From NCBI GenBank assembly GCA_033764955.1, contig JANRIL010000011.1:32001-96000 (forward strand): DNA of 64,000 nt, written 5' to 3'. The stretch comes from Cyanobacteriota bacterium (GTDB lineage: Bacteria > Cyanobacteriota > Cyanobacteriia > Thermostichales > Thermostichaceae). Below the pieces are notes generated by a model, which worked only from the letters and a program-made list of their open reading frames with translations, made no database searches and had not been told where the DNA came from. Made by a program: the position numbers and the translations under genes. This document shows, one piece after another, positions 43,101 through 52,150 of this stretch. Within the stretch, counting starts at the first letter, position 1; each line of letters starts with the position of its first letter.

Positions 43101-44588
43101 CACCAACCGCCCCAATTTCACCGCGGATAAAGAGGGAGACCCTCGATGTACTACGCCAACGCGCCAAGCCCACTCTCGCCACTGCCGCCATTCCGGTATG
43201 ACGAAATCCCCAGTTCTACGATACTCATTTGGCATTGAGGGAAAAATCTGTTTCTCTAACACCTCTGGGTGCTCATAGAGATAGTCAATCGGATCCTGAG
43301 GTTGTTCCAACCAGTGACAATAGTCTCGATCTGATAGAGTTAAGCACTTTACTTGCTCTTGGAAAAGCTTTAGAGCTGCCACCGCATCTGCATCTGCCTG
43401 ATGTGCTCGTTCCGAAGTCAGCAAGGCATGGCGACTGTTCCAGGGAGTTAGGATCCAAGACATTAATAAGGTGTCCCAAACAGGGATCCCGCTGGCAAAA
43501 TCACTGTTTAACTGCTCCAAAATCGGCAGATCCCATGCTAGGATATTGTGTCCCACCAGCCAACCTGGGTTATCTGATGCTCCAACTTTATGCAATAGAG
43601 TGCGGATCTCGAGTAAATGGGATTGGATCTTAATTTCTACATCTGAATTATCTTGAGAGTTTGGCTGAAAATACTCTAAATGAGTCCCGGACTCAGTTGC
43701 CCAACCCAACTGAAAGATCCTTTGCCCATCACTTTCTAAATCCACCGAAACCGCTGATATCTCAAGCCGTTTCTGAAAACATTGCTTGATATCCAGATAC
43801 CCTTGTTTCATCAGCTTAATTAACTCTTGTGAGCTAGCTTGCTGAGCACAAAATGTTTCTATTCTCTTGAATGATTGATGTTCCCAAACTTCCTGTAGTT
43901 GATTATAAATCTGAAATAAATCAGAAAGTTTTAACCCTTCAAAAAACTGAATAGAGCGATTATTGAGTTGAGCGTAACTCTCTCTCAGTAACTGCTGCTT
44001 CTGATTTTCATTGATCGCAAAGAAAGGAGAATTAGCTTTAGCACCCAGATATCTGTGCCAATCAGTAAAACTGGTGAGTTTTGGCTCAAACTCTAATAGA
44101 AAATCACGTAACTGCGGATCCTCATCCAAACTCAGTCGTCGCTGCGGGGTTTGATAATGAGATTTTTTATCTTTTGTCCAAAGATGTATGTACCATTCAG
44201 CCTGTAAAATCTTTAGTACCTCTTTTAATGTCCATCTTTGCATGGCCTGCAATCGATTTTCAGAGTAATTCTCCAGAGAGCCTTGTATATCTTCTTCAAG
44301 GATCCAAGAGATTGCTGATTGACGTATTTTCCTATTCTGGTGATCATGTGGTGTCACTCCAATGACAAAAAGACAACGTTGCCCACTGAGATCCTGACCA
44401 CCTAAAATTCTCCGATCTTGTGATCCAGCATACGTAGTGATGTGTGTAAATAGGTCGTCGGTTAGATCTGGAGCAGAAATCACGCCGCAATCTTTCTTAT
44501 TCCACTTACTTAAGTGTCCCACCCGCCCATAGCGGTAATAGAGATTTTTTAGGGTGGATACGTTAGATGAGAATGATGGGTTAGTCAC
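37107..44588 (-). CDS. 2493-aa multidomain protein: CSD-like, DEDD exonuclease-like, RecQ-type SF2 helicase and UvrD-type SF1 helicase
   Basis: VDLESDG..HNILAWDLP..HQADAD; PTGEGKS, DEAH, SAT, QEVGRIGR; AGPGAGKT, DEFQD, GDDDQ, HKVKGLEF, YVAVTRAK. Confidence 0.85.
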   Translation of the reverse strand: MTNPSFSSNVSTLKNLYYRYGRVGHLSKWNKKDCGVISAPDLTDDLFTHITTYAGSQDRRILGGQDLSGQRCLFVIGVTPHDHQNRKIRQSAISWILEEDIQGSLENYSENRLQAMQRWTLKEVLKILQAEWYIHLWTKDKKSHYQTPQRRLSLDEDPQLRDFLLEFEPKLTSFTDWHRYLGAKANSPFFAINENQKQQLLRESYAQLNNRSIQFFEGLKLSDLFQIYNQLQEVWEHQSFKRIETFCAQQASSQELIKLMKQGYLDIKQCFQKRLEISAVSVDLESDGQRIFQLGWATESGTHLEYFQPNSQDNSDVEIKIQSHLLEIRTLLHKVGASDNPGWLVGHNILAWDLPILEQLNSDFASGIPVWDTLLMSWILTPWNSRHALLTSERAHQADADAVAALKLFQEQVKCLTLSDRDYCHWLEQPQDPIDYLYEHPEVLEKQIFPSMPNEYRRTGDFVIPEWRQWREWAWRVGVVHRGSPSLSAVKLGRLVEAHPERRDLRAVAVVVRQAERQQVQVVLRMIPMWLREGLDSLLYEAIDNPITAGESGDGVIGAIAYHDLPINLPIPEDIIPLYPEEGIFERIHLEPLSTEKVRQGLGSLISQTSDLAGRMLFNIPEGVDLFQWGVDKKPLHCWLEYDPLRGRQERQFPWALRLLGADLADLFEKIQQSEDVTPHNYSSQWEVILPRWKDPGGIREGLSPGSGNRLRYWDDLLLRVLSVHYQTDPDVMLLLLVDEAGEARAIEQAIATLGLTIERSGGSILRHFEKVRRRSKPLVISAIDQVDRFLDAAATLGCKVLPLIEALPLEEWWLLDQAQQENDPDLILNEAEDGYEGDGANLDEDEELQSERQGGGDRTTLLPVQISASAMTIAIERHLGPWLWTRFQFKDPSCVPIILDSRLSHLSLGQEKRILIREIPLAKLKQPERLLETLRNILGDIERRDPPTDYESYRQFLQAHWGYLDFREGTQKPAIEAIITRTQDVLVRLPTGEGKSVLFHIPALLRGAFTQRLTLVISPLRALMADQVNTLWRKGFIQSVDYLSGDRDPWQTSEVYQGIIDNRIKLLFVAPERFRIPRFREAIQRRFEFDQGFEYIVIDEAHCVSQWGFEFRPDYLFATREIRHFYRHQPNGELIPVLLFSATITEIVRKDLEQEIDANQNTYVLRPEKIRHPIQPFIQLTAENVEVTFSAQSESLSPRLGYVENIIRSADLSRSSVIIFVTRRRHAEELVKLINEREEIDCQVDYFHAGLSADLRIELYHSFLDHEIKVLVCTKAFGMGMDIAHIHWCLHLSPPNYLEDYLQEVGRIGRNKESREAASLEYVQGKLLFAPGDFDTTQSLIQLNRITVPQLRELWIEIVAEARPLIQGENPIAIIPIDEFGSFKEDALRRYLFWLEYSERLTICAYLPGLLKVELKADNLKQYSQGSDLTATVARALLSLFESNSFTISGVPVPEIDFANSDISIPEFSTALTKIDPSENQKDSRSLASSISQVIMNVAKGVLGFFFGQSLADQRSTSLPISQLTGIQTTITSSSREPIDLGTESNDERTTNDKWTTVDLSLDNLWRHSQLRQMDQVWTGILKLSQVGALKINRKIQFKKGHYHDMQEQQFKWLRKILNIVNQKAKQPRLYWDDLISDLSADLQQESMTATWSERKIKDAQKRVVRSVVKLLRDILIRFDENISDNQTIFYSYHLTPKWIEKAKLILEISQALLTILNKEPANQNEIDLTLDELLKCCPKAVKIKPLQSAIKLISNLGIYSASNEITTFSYILEILKPDQIETDREQMHPLDQKMIKTIDDLNNMALRRAQAMELYAYLPDSLRAGYIDRYFEADSLTALEKVIDSTIGEIDDDILEVNPALKQIQGRVREEAIHQAKECLNPQQKDVCEHPYNQNLLVNAGPGAGKTHVLMMRCADLIYRQGLQPHEILVLAFNRAVVYEIKKRVRDLFKQLGYGSFVRRMQVYTFHSFALKSLSDVRDRNNDLKVTLHNFALAMQTDEALRNRVSANYKAILVDEFQDMNEDFYKVILALYQGSGAGVVVIGDDDQDILLWTRKRGDRLHANQYLQDFRIDYQSDVINLLVNYRSTFDIIQRSQVLATNLIPNRVKANITLQAYRDENGIIDHQIIEDVDPKCPRLVNLAQEVMAYNCVNIEHPKSMAVLCRTNSEVFQFYNLLQNSNVKPLRIQSNNNLKLAQVREIGEWIDLCQTYLSQEPDPGLTSSIWDELLEQYRQLVLADVNYGIESIEQLRSLTFVEYESYSTLSQHLAMIQDLKTSDFTRLSQSLSNRDPGITISTIHKVKGLEFDVVYVPSSITTFPFMDKDDGDNFEGHGNNILDSAAEEARLYYVAVTRAKNELYFDWGPREKAWSKKQAFQGINQQVLRLEGSPDEVFISWPGFKEQYNDGLQDYLRTHVRINDSVVIKNRRQVLHGQRIIGYLQADLYGNDQSQIRVSNIYRYPVSVEITPEKYYKQLAPEIKTQGWHYTVLLAGQL

Positions 44589-44646
44589 GACAGAAATATA
44601 CCAATGAGATCAAATGAGTGATTTTTACTTCAGCAAAATACATATG

Positions 44647-47600
44647 CTAATTAGAGATCGGCCAGAGATAAATTAACCCTACTGGTTCCACTCGTTCCGC
44701 CTTCACCCTATAAGTTTTCTGAATCCGATCTGGTTCTGTTTGGATCTCTTGCTCTAACTGGCTGAGGCGGATTTCCCAGTGACGGTGATCGGCGTTAATT
44801 TGTCGCAATTCATCCGCATTGAATAACCCCAGTTGGATCGTCTCAAATTTGCTCTTTTCTTTGAGGATCCGATCTCGTTGCTCTTGTAAAAGTTCTTTCA
44901 TTTCCTTGGCTTCAGACTCTCCTCGCTGGTTGAGTTTACGCTGAGCGCGTTCACTCAGTTCCTTGGCCCGCCGCTCCAAATGAGGGATCAGATCCTGGAC
45001 GTCTTGGGGGGCAACCCCTTTGAGCTTCTCCAGCACTGGGGGTGGCACTTCCCGTAGGCGAGGGCTGGCGAGGGAATCCTCTAAAATCTGCAAAACATCC
45101 TTCTTTTCGCCCTCAGTAACAGGTCTTAAACGGCCCCGACCTCTGGCCTCAGGATCCACCCATTCAGCGGCCACAGTGATGATTTCATCATGCAAACGAG
45201 CTGCCCGTTCCCCGTACAGCGATAACCGTCCCAAGATCACCACTCGAGGAATGGGATCCTCACTGCGACAGACACAGGCGCGGCTGAGTTCGTGGTGCAA
45301 AAATCCCTGGGAGAGGAACCGTCCCAATAGCCGTTGCACAATGCGGTGCTCTAAATGCAGATGCACCACCTCACCATCCAGGGATCCTGGATCTTTGAAG
45401 ACTACCGGACGAATGGGGGCTTCTTTCCGCCAGTCCCAGAGTTTCTGGGTCTTCTGGCGTGGTTGCCTTAGACTGTCAAGAGTCATCGCCCAGGTGGGAT
45501 CCGCACCGGCTTCTTGATCGAGAGCAGGCAACAGCCAACGGGAACGTTCATTGTCACCGATGGCTTCCTGGGCAGAGAGAGGCTTGAGGGGTTGGGATCC
45601 GAGTAGCTCCAATGAAACGGACAGAGCCTCTCGAAAATGGCGATCATCCAATCCTAACCATTGCTGCGAGTCACGAAGCATGGTTTCCAACTCCACCTGT
45701 TGCTGTCGGAGTTTGTCCTGGCGAAGGCGAATGGCTTCCAGTTCTTCCCGAATTGCGCCGCGCCGCTCATCATCGTTGTCTTTGTCGGCCTGGTTTATAG
45801 CGGAGCTGAGACTATCAACCTCGGTTACTCGGATCCCTCGCTCCAACAACTTGGTGACGTTCTTCTCCACCACCGGGGAGAGGCTACCCAATTCTTCCTG
45901 GATCCGTTGGGTCTTTTGCACCAGCACATCCATCACCCTGTCTTCAGGGCGCTGGGGTAAGACGAAGTAATAGCAACGGACTTCAGTCTGTCGCTGGAGT
46001 TTGCGGTCAATCCGCCCATTGCGCTGTTCCATGCGGCTGGGGTTCCAGGGCACATCAAAGTGAAACAGATCTGCACAGTGATTTTGTAGGTTTACCCCCT
46101 CACGGGCAGCGTCGGTGGCAATGAGAATCCGCAAGGGATGTTTGTGGGGATCCATGTTGAAGGCTTCTTTGATTAAGCGGCGATCCTCTTTACTCATCCC
46201 GCCATGAAATGTACCAATCCGGTCATAATCACGGTCGGATCCGGCAATCAAAGAGCTTAACTGTTGTTCCAAATAGCGCTTGGTATCAGCGTATTCGGTG
46301 AAAATTAGTACCCGTGTAGGCATCCATGCTGCTCCTGGGGATCCCATCTTGGGGCAGAGGTTTTGACGGATCCAGTCGCCTAATTTTTTGACTTTGCTAT
46401 CAGGTTGGTGGCGGCTTCGCTCAGCAATCTGGGTCATCTCTTCTAACAGTTCAAGTTCTTTTGAGGTGATGCCCTCGGTTCCGGAGCGGCTGGCCTTTTC
46501 CATCTGAGCCGTTTCTTCTGCAAAGACTTCCAGTTCATCAAGATCGGCTCGCTCGTCATCGGAGCCTGGAGATTCCCATAACAGGGGATAGGATTGCTGG
46601 GTTTCCGGGACTACTTTTTCTAACTGCTTTTGGATCCCGCGTCGGTGAACCCTCAAAGTGCAAGCAAACGCTTCGATAGAGGACATTAGCCGCTTTTGCA
46701 AAGAGGTGATCACCAACATGGACGTCGTTAGGGTGGAGCGGGGAGCTGATTTCAGCCGTTCCTCTCGGCAGGTTCTATACTCCTGCAGCAGTTGAGCCAG
46801 CGTTAACTCTGGGACATCATCCGGCAATCCATCAATCACTACGGGTACGACATGACGCAATGGAAAATCAGCGTTATTAATTTCTCGTAGATCCTGCTTA
46901 AGACGACGAACCATCACCGCATCCAGCAGTTTCTTGCTCCGTACAGGCACCCCTCGACAAAATCGCTGCGGATCCAAAATTTCTAAAAGCGCCGCAAAGC
47001 TATTGGAGTGTCCGTTGTGAGGGGTGGCAGACAAGAAGAGCCGATGTTCAAAGCGAGGAGCCAATTCCCGCACTGTGCGAGTGAGTTGGGAGTCAATGGC
47101 ATAGCGGGTTCCACTGGCGGGGGCAGCATTGTGAGCTTCGTCGAGGATGAGTAGGGATCCTGGGGCAAAGTCCTGCATCCAGTCTCGTAAGGGTGCAGCG
47201 TAGGTTTCATCCCGCAATAGTGCGTGGGAGATGATAAATCGATTGTGGGTTTTCCATGGGTTCATGCCGTAGCCCCTTTCTCGACGCTTGGCCGCCACAA
47301 AATCTCGGTCATAAACAATGAAGGTGAGCCCAAAGCGGCTCTCCATCTCATCTTTCCACTGATCCACCACTGAGGGTGGGCAAGAGATCACGACCCGCTT
47401 CACCTTCTGCCGCATCAGCATCTCTCGCAGGATCAGTCCAGCCTCTATGGTTTTGCCTAAGCCCACATCATCAGCGATGAACAGATTTACCCTTGGCATT
47501 TTCAAGGCTTTACGAAGGGGTTCTAGCTGGTAAGCTTTGACCTCAATCCCAGCTCGGTAAGGAGCTTGAAAAAGTTTGGGTTCAGTGGAAGTGACACAGT

Positions 47601-47868
47601 TCCACCTCAGAGCGTGCAGAAATGCAGAAAATTGGCGAGGTTGATCAAAGCCCCGTTGAGTGACCTGTTCCCAGGAAGAGGTGGCCAAGATCTGGGCATC
47701 AATTTCCCTTTGCCAGAATACATTTAGAGGCTCACCCTGAGCATCGTCTTCCAAACAAGCCAGCCTCACCTGGGTATCCCCTGTGGGGGATGGGATAACC
47801 TCCTCAACGAGATATTGACGGGAGCGGATTCTAACTATCTGACCCAGTTCTGGAGAGATTGAGTGCAC
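44647..47868 (-). CDS. drmD: DISARM SNF2-like helicase DrmD
   Basis: ADDVGLGKT, DEAH, SATPHNG, TDAAREGVNLQ, EQRNGRIDR; first gene of drm operon. Confidence 0.93.
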   Translation of the reverse strand: MHSISPELGQIVRIRSRQYLVEEVIPSPTGDTQVRLACLEDDAQGEPLNVFWQREIDAQILATSSWEQVTQRGFDQPRQFSAFLHALRWNCVTSTEPKLFQAPYRAGIEVKAYQLEPLRKALKMPRVNLFIADDVGLGKTIEAGLILREMLMRQKVKRVVISCPPSVVDQWKDEMESRFGLTFIVYDRDFVAAKRRERGYGMNPWKTHNRFIISHALLRDETYAAPLRDWMQDFAPGSLLILDEAHNAAPASGTRYAIDSQLTRTVRELAPRFEHRLFLSATPHNGHSNSFAALLEILDPQRFCRGVPVRSKKLLDAVMVRRLKQDLREINNADFPLRHVVPVVIDGLPDDVPELTLAQLLQEYRTCREERLKSAPRSTLTTSMLVITSLQKRLMSSIEAFACTLRVHRRGIQKQLEKVVPETQQSYPLLWESPGSDDERADLDELEVFAEETAQMEKASRSGTEGITSKELELLEEMTQIAERSRHQPDSKVKKLGDWIRQNLCPKMGSPGAAWMPTRVLIFTEYADTKRYLEQQLSSLIAGSDRDYDRIGTFHGGMSKEDRRLIKEAFNMDPHKHPLRILIATDAAREGVNLQNHCADLFHFDVPWNPSRMEQRNGRIDRKLQRQTEVRCYYFVLPQRPEDRVMDVLVQKTQRIQEELGSLSPVVEKNVTKLLERGIRVTEVDSLSSAINQADKDNDDERRGAIREELEAIRLRQDKLRQQQVELETMLRDSQQWLGLDDRHFREALSVSLELLGSQPLKPLSAQEAIGDNERSRWLLPALDQEAGADPTWAMTLDSLRQPRQKTQKLWDWRKEAPIRPVVFKDPGSLDGEVVHLHLEHRIVQRLLGRFLSQGFLHHELSRACVCRSEDPIPRVVILGRLSLYGERAARLHDEIITVAAEWVDPEARGRGRLRPVTEGEKKDVLQILEDSLASPRLREVPPPVLEKLKGVAPQDVQDLIPHLERRAKELSERAQRKLNQRGESEAKEMKELLQEQRDRILKEKSKFETIQLGLFNADELRQINADHRHWEIRLSQLEQEIQTEPDRIQKTYRVKAERVEPVGLIYLWPISN

Positions 47869-48114
47869 TGATTCTTCTCAGGTTTTGCTTACAACGGTAG
47901 CAAAAGCTTTACGGGCTCTGATCACGACATGCAAGCAAGAATGATGAATGATGAGGCATTAGGGAGAGAATTGACACACCGACTGCAATTACTCGGCCTT
48001 GCTTTGGATCTGTTCCTCGCACTCCGGAGCAATCCTATCCAGTCTTTATGGTTGTCAGGCTGAAAGTTCCACTGTCAATAGTTTGTTTGGGGTGAGTCGG
48101 CTTGGATCTTGCCT

Positions 48115-48318
48115 CTATTCATAAGCAGGTTTCAGTTCCCAGGAATCTTCGATGGTGGTGGTTTCCTTTCCCCGTCGCCACTTGACTTTGTAACGACCCG
48201 TGCGGGTAATGCCAATGACTTCCCCAATAGGGTAGATAGGCCAGCCACAAGGATCTTTGGGAAAGCGGCGGGTGAGGGTGTTGCGGTAACTTACACGGTC
48301 GCCAATCTGGAATTCCAT
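48115..48318 (-). CDS. Small hypothetical protein (SH3/KOW-like)
   Basis: FQIGDRV...GEVIG...YKVKW; GGAG RBS. Confidence 0.55.
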   Translation of the reverse strand: MEFQIGDRVSYRNTLTRRFPKDPCGWPIYPIGEVIGITRTGRYKVKWRRGKETTTIEDSWELKPAYE

Positions 48319-48357
48319 ACTGAGATCTCCACTCAATTCACCCAAGCCGTAGGACAG

Positions 48358-48615
48358 TTATCGCCAGCCATATCCAGGCTTGGGACGAGTGTAATAGTCA
48401 GGGTGAACCGCACGGTCAGCCGCATCTTTTACGTCGTCATGGGCATAAGGGATCCCTCGTTGCAGGCATTCGTCCTTGAGGAGATCAATGAGTTCAGATA
48501 GGTCGATATCGGGGTTGGCTTTCTCAAGTTGACGGGCTAAGGTTCTAAGTTTCATGGTGGGTGGGGTGTCGGGGTGGAGCCTGGTACACTCCTTCACCAG
48601 GCGGTAGGGCGACAA
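48358..48615 (-). CDS. Small hypothetical protein
   Basis: ORF fits the co-oriented array and ends right at an array motif. Confidence 0.5.
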   Translation of the reverse strand: MSPYRLVKECTRLHPDTPPTMKLRTLARQLEKANPDIDLSELIDLLKDECLQRGIPYAHDDVKDAADRAVHPDYYTRPKPGYGWR

Positions 48616-48654
48616 AGAATAGGGATCCCCATCGGTTAGGGATCCCTAATCAAT

Positions 48655-49182
48655 CTATGCAGGTAGTTCCAACGGCTGAGCTTCTGCATCTTTGAGATGC
48701 CGGACATCTGCTAGGCGGGAAGCATAGAGATCCTGCTCACTGGCGAAGGCTTGCAGTTCTGTCACACGTTTCTTGTTCGACTCTTTCCACTCAAACTCGA
48801 CGGCGTAGTAGACTCCCAGATCACCGGAGCGCTTGGACATCTTGGCGGTGGTCACCCCTTGCCCGACAGCTTTGCTCTGGGATGCCAGATCGAGCATGAA
48901 GTCGAGAAAGTTATCCAAGCTCTGAGTTTTGAACAGAATGTGGCTGACGACATTACGCGGATCCACAAACAGAACTTCCAGCCAAGTTTGATGCGGATAG
49001 TCGAAAAGCTGATCCTCGAAGGTACGCCAAGATAGGATTTCCATTGCCAATGTGGATCCGATAAACTTGGATTCGCCAATTTTGAACACACCGGACTTGC
49101 AATCAGCGCGATACTGACAGGGGCGGCCAGGAATGTAGGTGATTCCTTTCAGGTCAGGGGTAGCAAATGCGTTCGCAAACAT
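48655..49182 (-). CDS. Hypothetical protein, possibly ssDNA-binding (beta-rich)
   Basis: Strong AAGGAG RBS, 175 aa; function is inference only. Confidence 0.55.
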   Translation of the reverse strand: MFANAFATPDLKGITYIPGRPCQYRADCKSGVFKIGESKFIGSTLAMEILSWRTFEDQLFDYPHQTWLEVLFVDPRNVVSHILFKTQSLDNFLDFMLDLASQSKAVGQGVTTAKMSKRSGDLGVYYAVEFEWKESNKKRVTELQAFASEQDLYASRLADVRHLKDAEAQPLELPA

Positions 49183-49233
49183 GATGATTTCTCCTTTTGA
49201 GAAACTAAGTTACACAATCACCAGAGGACTCAG

Positions 49234-49665
49234 TTAAGCTCCTATTTTTGACTGTTGTGCATTGATATATTCACGCAAATTCTGATATCCATTGGCAAAC
49301 AGAACAGCATAGCCATGTTTACAGCAAGCTTGCTTGAAAAATACCTTTTGATTCTGGTAGTCATCACAGGTGCAATGCAAGCTACTGCTTTGGAGTAAGA
49401 CTTGATGTTGATGCCCATTCTCTGGATTGAAAACGAGATAATGATTTTGAGAATTTAGCTTGATCTCCAACTCTGTAGCTAAAGACTTACGAGTTTCCAC
49501 AAAGTCTTGGTGGAAGGCTTTTCGAGACAGGAAGCGGGGACGGGATCCCTTGACTTGAGCGAGTATCACTCTAGGCCAGACTTGGATCTGGATGTGGTGA
49601 GGCATGACTCCCAGGATGCGGCTGGCAGCGGTGCGGGAATACAACATCTTCTCTTTCGTTATCAT
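49234..49665 (-). CDS. SWIM zinc-finger protein
   Basis: CTCDD...CKH motif. Confidence 0.75.
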   Translation of the reverse strand: MITKEKMLYSRTAASRILGVMPHHIQIQVWPRVILAQVKGSRPRFLSRKAFHQDFVETRKSLATELEIKLNSQNHYLVFNPENGHQHQVLLQSSSLHCTCDDYQNQKVFFKQACCKHGYAVLFANGYQNLREYINAQQSKIGA

Positions 49666-49700
49666 TGTTTAGCCCTCTTAACGACACCCATTCCGTAGGA

Positions 49701-50030
49701 CTAATACTCGCTACTGTGCATTAATGTTAGAACCCGTCTCGTTTGAGTTAGATCCGCTGGATCTGGGGAGAGATATTTCAAGCTCTGGTCGTAGTAGTCT
49801 ATCTTCCAGAAATACTTTTCTCCATTATAGTCAATTGCCCCAAAGTCATGCTCTCCATAAGGATCATTGTCTTCATTAAAGACATTAAACTGTCTGACTA
49901 GCTGGAGTAGTTCTGAGATATGGGATCCCAGTAATTGAACAGTTGGAGTGATGACAATGTAAGCATTCCAGGATTTGCGGAATTCGTCATTCAGCTGAGC
50001 AATTCTTTGAGTTGTTTGTGTGATTGACAT
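49701..50030 (-). CDS. DUF3768 domain protein
   Basis: IAQLND.FR, NDPYGEHDFG, FWKIDYYD, RVLTLM..SEY. Confidence 0.88.
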   Translation of the reverse strand: MSITQTTQRIAQLNDEFRKSWNAYIVITPTVQLLGSHISELLQLVRQFNVFNEDNDPYGEHDFGAIDYNGEKYFWKIDYYDQSLKYLSPDPADLTQTRRVLTLMHSSEY

Positions 50031-50067
50031 GGGAAGGTCTCCTTGTTTCACAATTGCCGTAGGACTG

Positions 50068-50421
50068 TCAATACATGATGTGACTGGGTTTATTAAGGGA
50101 CTTGGCAAGTTGGATGCTATGGGCAGTGCCGGGGCTGAATCCGTCCCAAAAGGCGACAATTACATCCGCCGCTTGAATAATGTCGTGATTGCGTCGGATC
50201 CCTGCTAACTTGCCGTGTTGATGCCAGTCGGCGGGGTGGATTTGGACAGGGATCCCTCTGGCACGAGCTGCTTGTTCCGCCGTCTGGTCAACGCCTCTGG
50301 CTCCACCACTAATGACGATGCAACCCTCTGGTAATTGAGCAACAAAATCCCGCACGGCTTTGAGATTCCAGTAAGTCCTGGAGCCAATGACTGCTACACG
50401 ACAGGGATGAGTGGTGAGCAT
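50068..50421 (-). CDS. SLOG superfamily (DUF2493/YspA-like) protein
   Basis: VIGSR, SGGARGVD, AGIRRN, AFWDG.SPGT. Confidence 0.85.
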   Translation of the reverse strand: MLTTHPCRVAVIGSRTYWNLKAVRDFVAQLPEGCIVISGGARGVDQTAEQAARARGIPVQIHPADWHQHGKLAGIRRNHDIIQAADVIVAFWDGFSPGTAHSIQLAKSLNKPSHIMY

Positions 50422-50454
50422 AAACTCTCCGTCAACTTCACCCCCGCCGTAGGA

Positions 50455-50628
50455 CTACAACTGGTCGGCTAGCGCAGTCAGGATCCGGTTCACATAGACC
50501 TCTTGTTCGCGCCAGCGGCCCCTTGGGGCATAGATCGGCACTTCTTCTGGTTGGCTATCAGGGAAATGTTCTGCAATCCAGACTAGGGCTTGTTCCATCA
50601 GGTAATCCAGGATTTGAGAATTGAGCAT
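50455..50628 (-). CDS. 57-aa hypothetical protein (not in ORF track)
   Basis: GGAG RBS, MLNSQILDYLMEQALVW..., bounded by array motifs on both sides. Confidence 0.55.
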   Translation of the reverse strand: MLNSQILDYLMEQALVWIAEHFPDSQPEEVPIYAPRGRWREQEVYVNRILTALADQL

Positions 50629-50666
50629 GAGTGTGTCTCCACATCGACACCCCCGCCGCAGGACTG

Positions 50667-50840
50667 TTAATCATCTCCCAGTAATCGAGTCATGAAATTG
50701 AACAGCTTCTCGCCGGAATCAGAATCCGAATCATCCAACGTAAACACCGCCATGCGCCTAGGGCACGCTAGCGCGAACACTACATTCACGTCTTCATCCA
50801 CATAGTAGATTTCTGGGGATCCGTTCTCTTGATCTGACAT
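50667..50840 (-). CDS. 57-aa hypothetical protein
   Basis: MSDQENGSPEIYY..., bounded by array motifs. Confidence 0.45.
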   Translation of the reverse strand: MSDQENGSPEIYYVDEDVNVVFALACPRRMAVFTLDDSDSDSGEKLFNFMTRLLGDD

Positions 50841-50959
50841 TTCATCGACCTTCACTGACGTCACCCACTCCTTAGGACAGCCTAAACCTTTCTTTAGAGG
50901 GAGATGGGGTCTGGGGAACGCGCAGGGGAAGGGTGGGGTAAGTTCCCCAGTGGAGAGGT

Positions 50960-50984
50960 AAAAAAAGGGGATCTCGGGATCCCC
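50960..50984 (-). terminator. Intrinsic terminator
   Basis: Minus strand GGGGATC-CCGA-GATCCCC followed by T7. Confidence 0.7.
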
Positions 50985-50992
50985 AACTTGAT

Positions 50993-51166
50993 TTAGCGGC
51001 TGACGGCGACGTAGATGTTGCCCCACTTGGACTTGGCAACACGGGCACCGGGATAGTGAGTGGAGAATGCCAGAGCCGTGTTGATGTCCTTAAAGTGGGC
51101 GATGTAGGCATCAGGGGTCAGGACTGTACGGGTGGCACCCCAGAGACGGGCAAAGTTGAAGCACAT
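50993..51166 (-). CDS. 57-aa hypothetical protein (not in ORF track)
   Basis: AAGAGG RBS, MCFNFARLWGATR...GNIYVAVSR, followed by terminator. Confidence 0.5.
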   Translation of the reverse strand: MCFNFARLWGATRTVLTPDAYIAHFKDINTALAFSTHYPGARVAKSKWGNIYVAVSR

Positions 51167-51727
51167 AGGAAAAACCTCTTAACGATGCCAGCACAAAGAT
51201 CCCGCCCCTCTCCTGCAAGCAAGGCTCAGGCACCTTGGAATATCGCAGGGACGAGAATATGCCGAGAAAGGCATGGACGACTCTTGCAGTCCGGCTGTTC
51301 GCGCCAGTGTGCCCAAGGCGCAATCAGTTGGTGGTTTTGGGTGGGACACGGTGCCGTGGCAGTGGAGAGGGATCCGCTGTGCCGCTTGACTCCCGACCTG
51401 GTGCCTCCCTATTCCTGTTCGGTCTAGATGCCGTCAACATTTGGGACATCAACATCTCAGGCACATCAACTTCTGGTGTGGGAGGGGAACGGAGTGCTGG
51501 TGGGTGGGGCGAATTGAGGGATCCCTGGGGAGAACGGGGGTATGGGGGAATGCGGCGGGTGGGTGGGTCAAGTTCCCCCATTGTGAGGTGGACAAGCTCT
51601 GTTGGACACGTCACCTGAGCAAGAGTCCCGACGTGCGGCAGCGGGTCGGTTCCATAGCCGGGTTTAGGGATCCCTTGGCTTAAGGAATAAGAACTGGGGA
51701 GAATAAATCCCCCCAGCCTTGTCAGAC

Positions 51728-52150
51728 TTAGATAGCTCGATTGAACCGGGCAGCACTGCGTTCTGCATTCAACGCCAAGAGGCTTTCGAGGTCATGCTGG
51801 TAGTGCTTGTGGGCAAATTCCACCAATTCTTCCAGACTGGCTTTGATGAATCCTCGGTCGAATTCGTCTTTGAACTGTTCCCAGGCTTCTGCATAGAGCT
51901 GTTTGATGGCTGCCGGGTCATATTCCGGGCGGCTGTAGGATCCATCTTTTAGGCGGACAGGAGGGGCAATGGGATCCAAGGTGCCATCATCTACTGCATC
52001 TTTGAAAATGCGTCCTTTGGACTCTTCCCAGACTAGGGACCGCAGGGTGTAGAAGACGGCTTGCTGTTTGCGAAAGGTTGATTGTTCGTCACGTTCACGG
52101 GTGGTGAGAGGGCGGAACTTGCTAGAGAGGGCTGACTTTTCAATGGACAT
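51728..52150 (-). CDS. Hypothetical protein
   Basis: GGAG RBS, start MSIEKS; followed by hairpin at about 51693-51717. Confidence 0.65.
   Translation of the reverse strand: MSIEKSALSSKFRPLTTRERDEQSTFRKQQAVFYTLRSLVWEESKGRIFKDAVDDGTLDPIAPPVRLKDGSYSRPEYDPAAIKQLYAEAWEQFKDEFDRGFIKASLEELVEFAHKHYQHDLESLLALNAERSAARFNRAI

Noticed and set aside
51115..51128. Extra array-motif copy (AGTCCTGACC)
   Set aside because: Lies inside the 50993-51166 ORF and lacks the CGG and GTG parts
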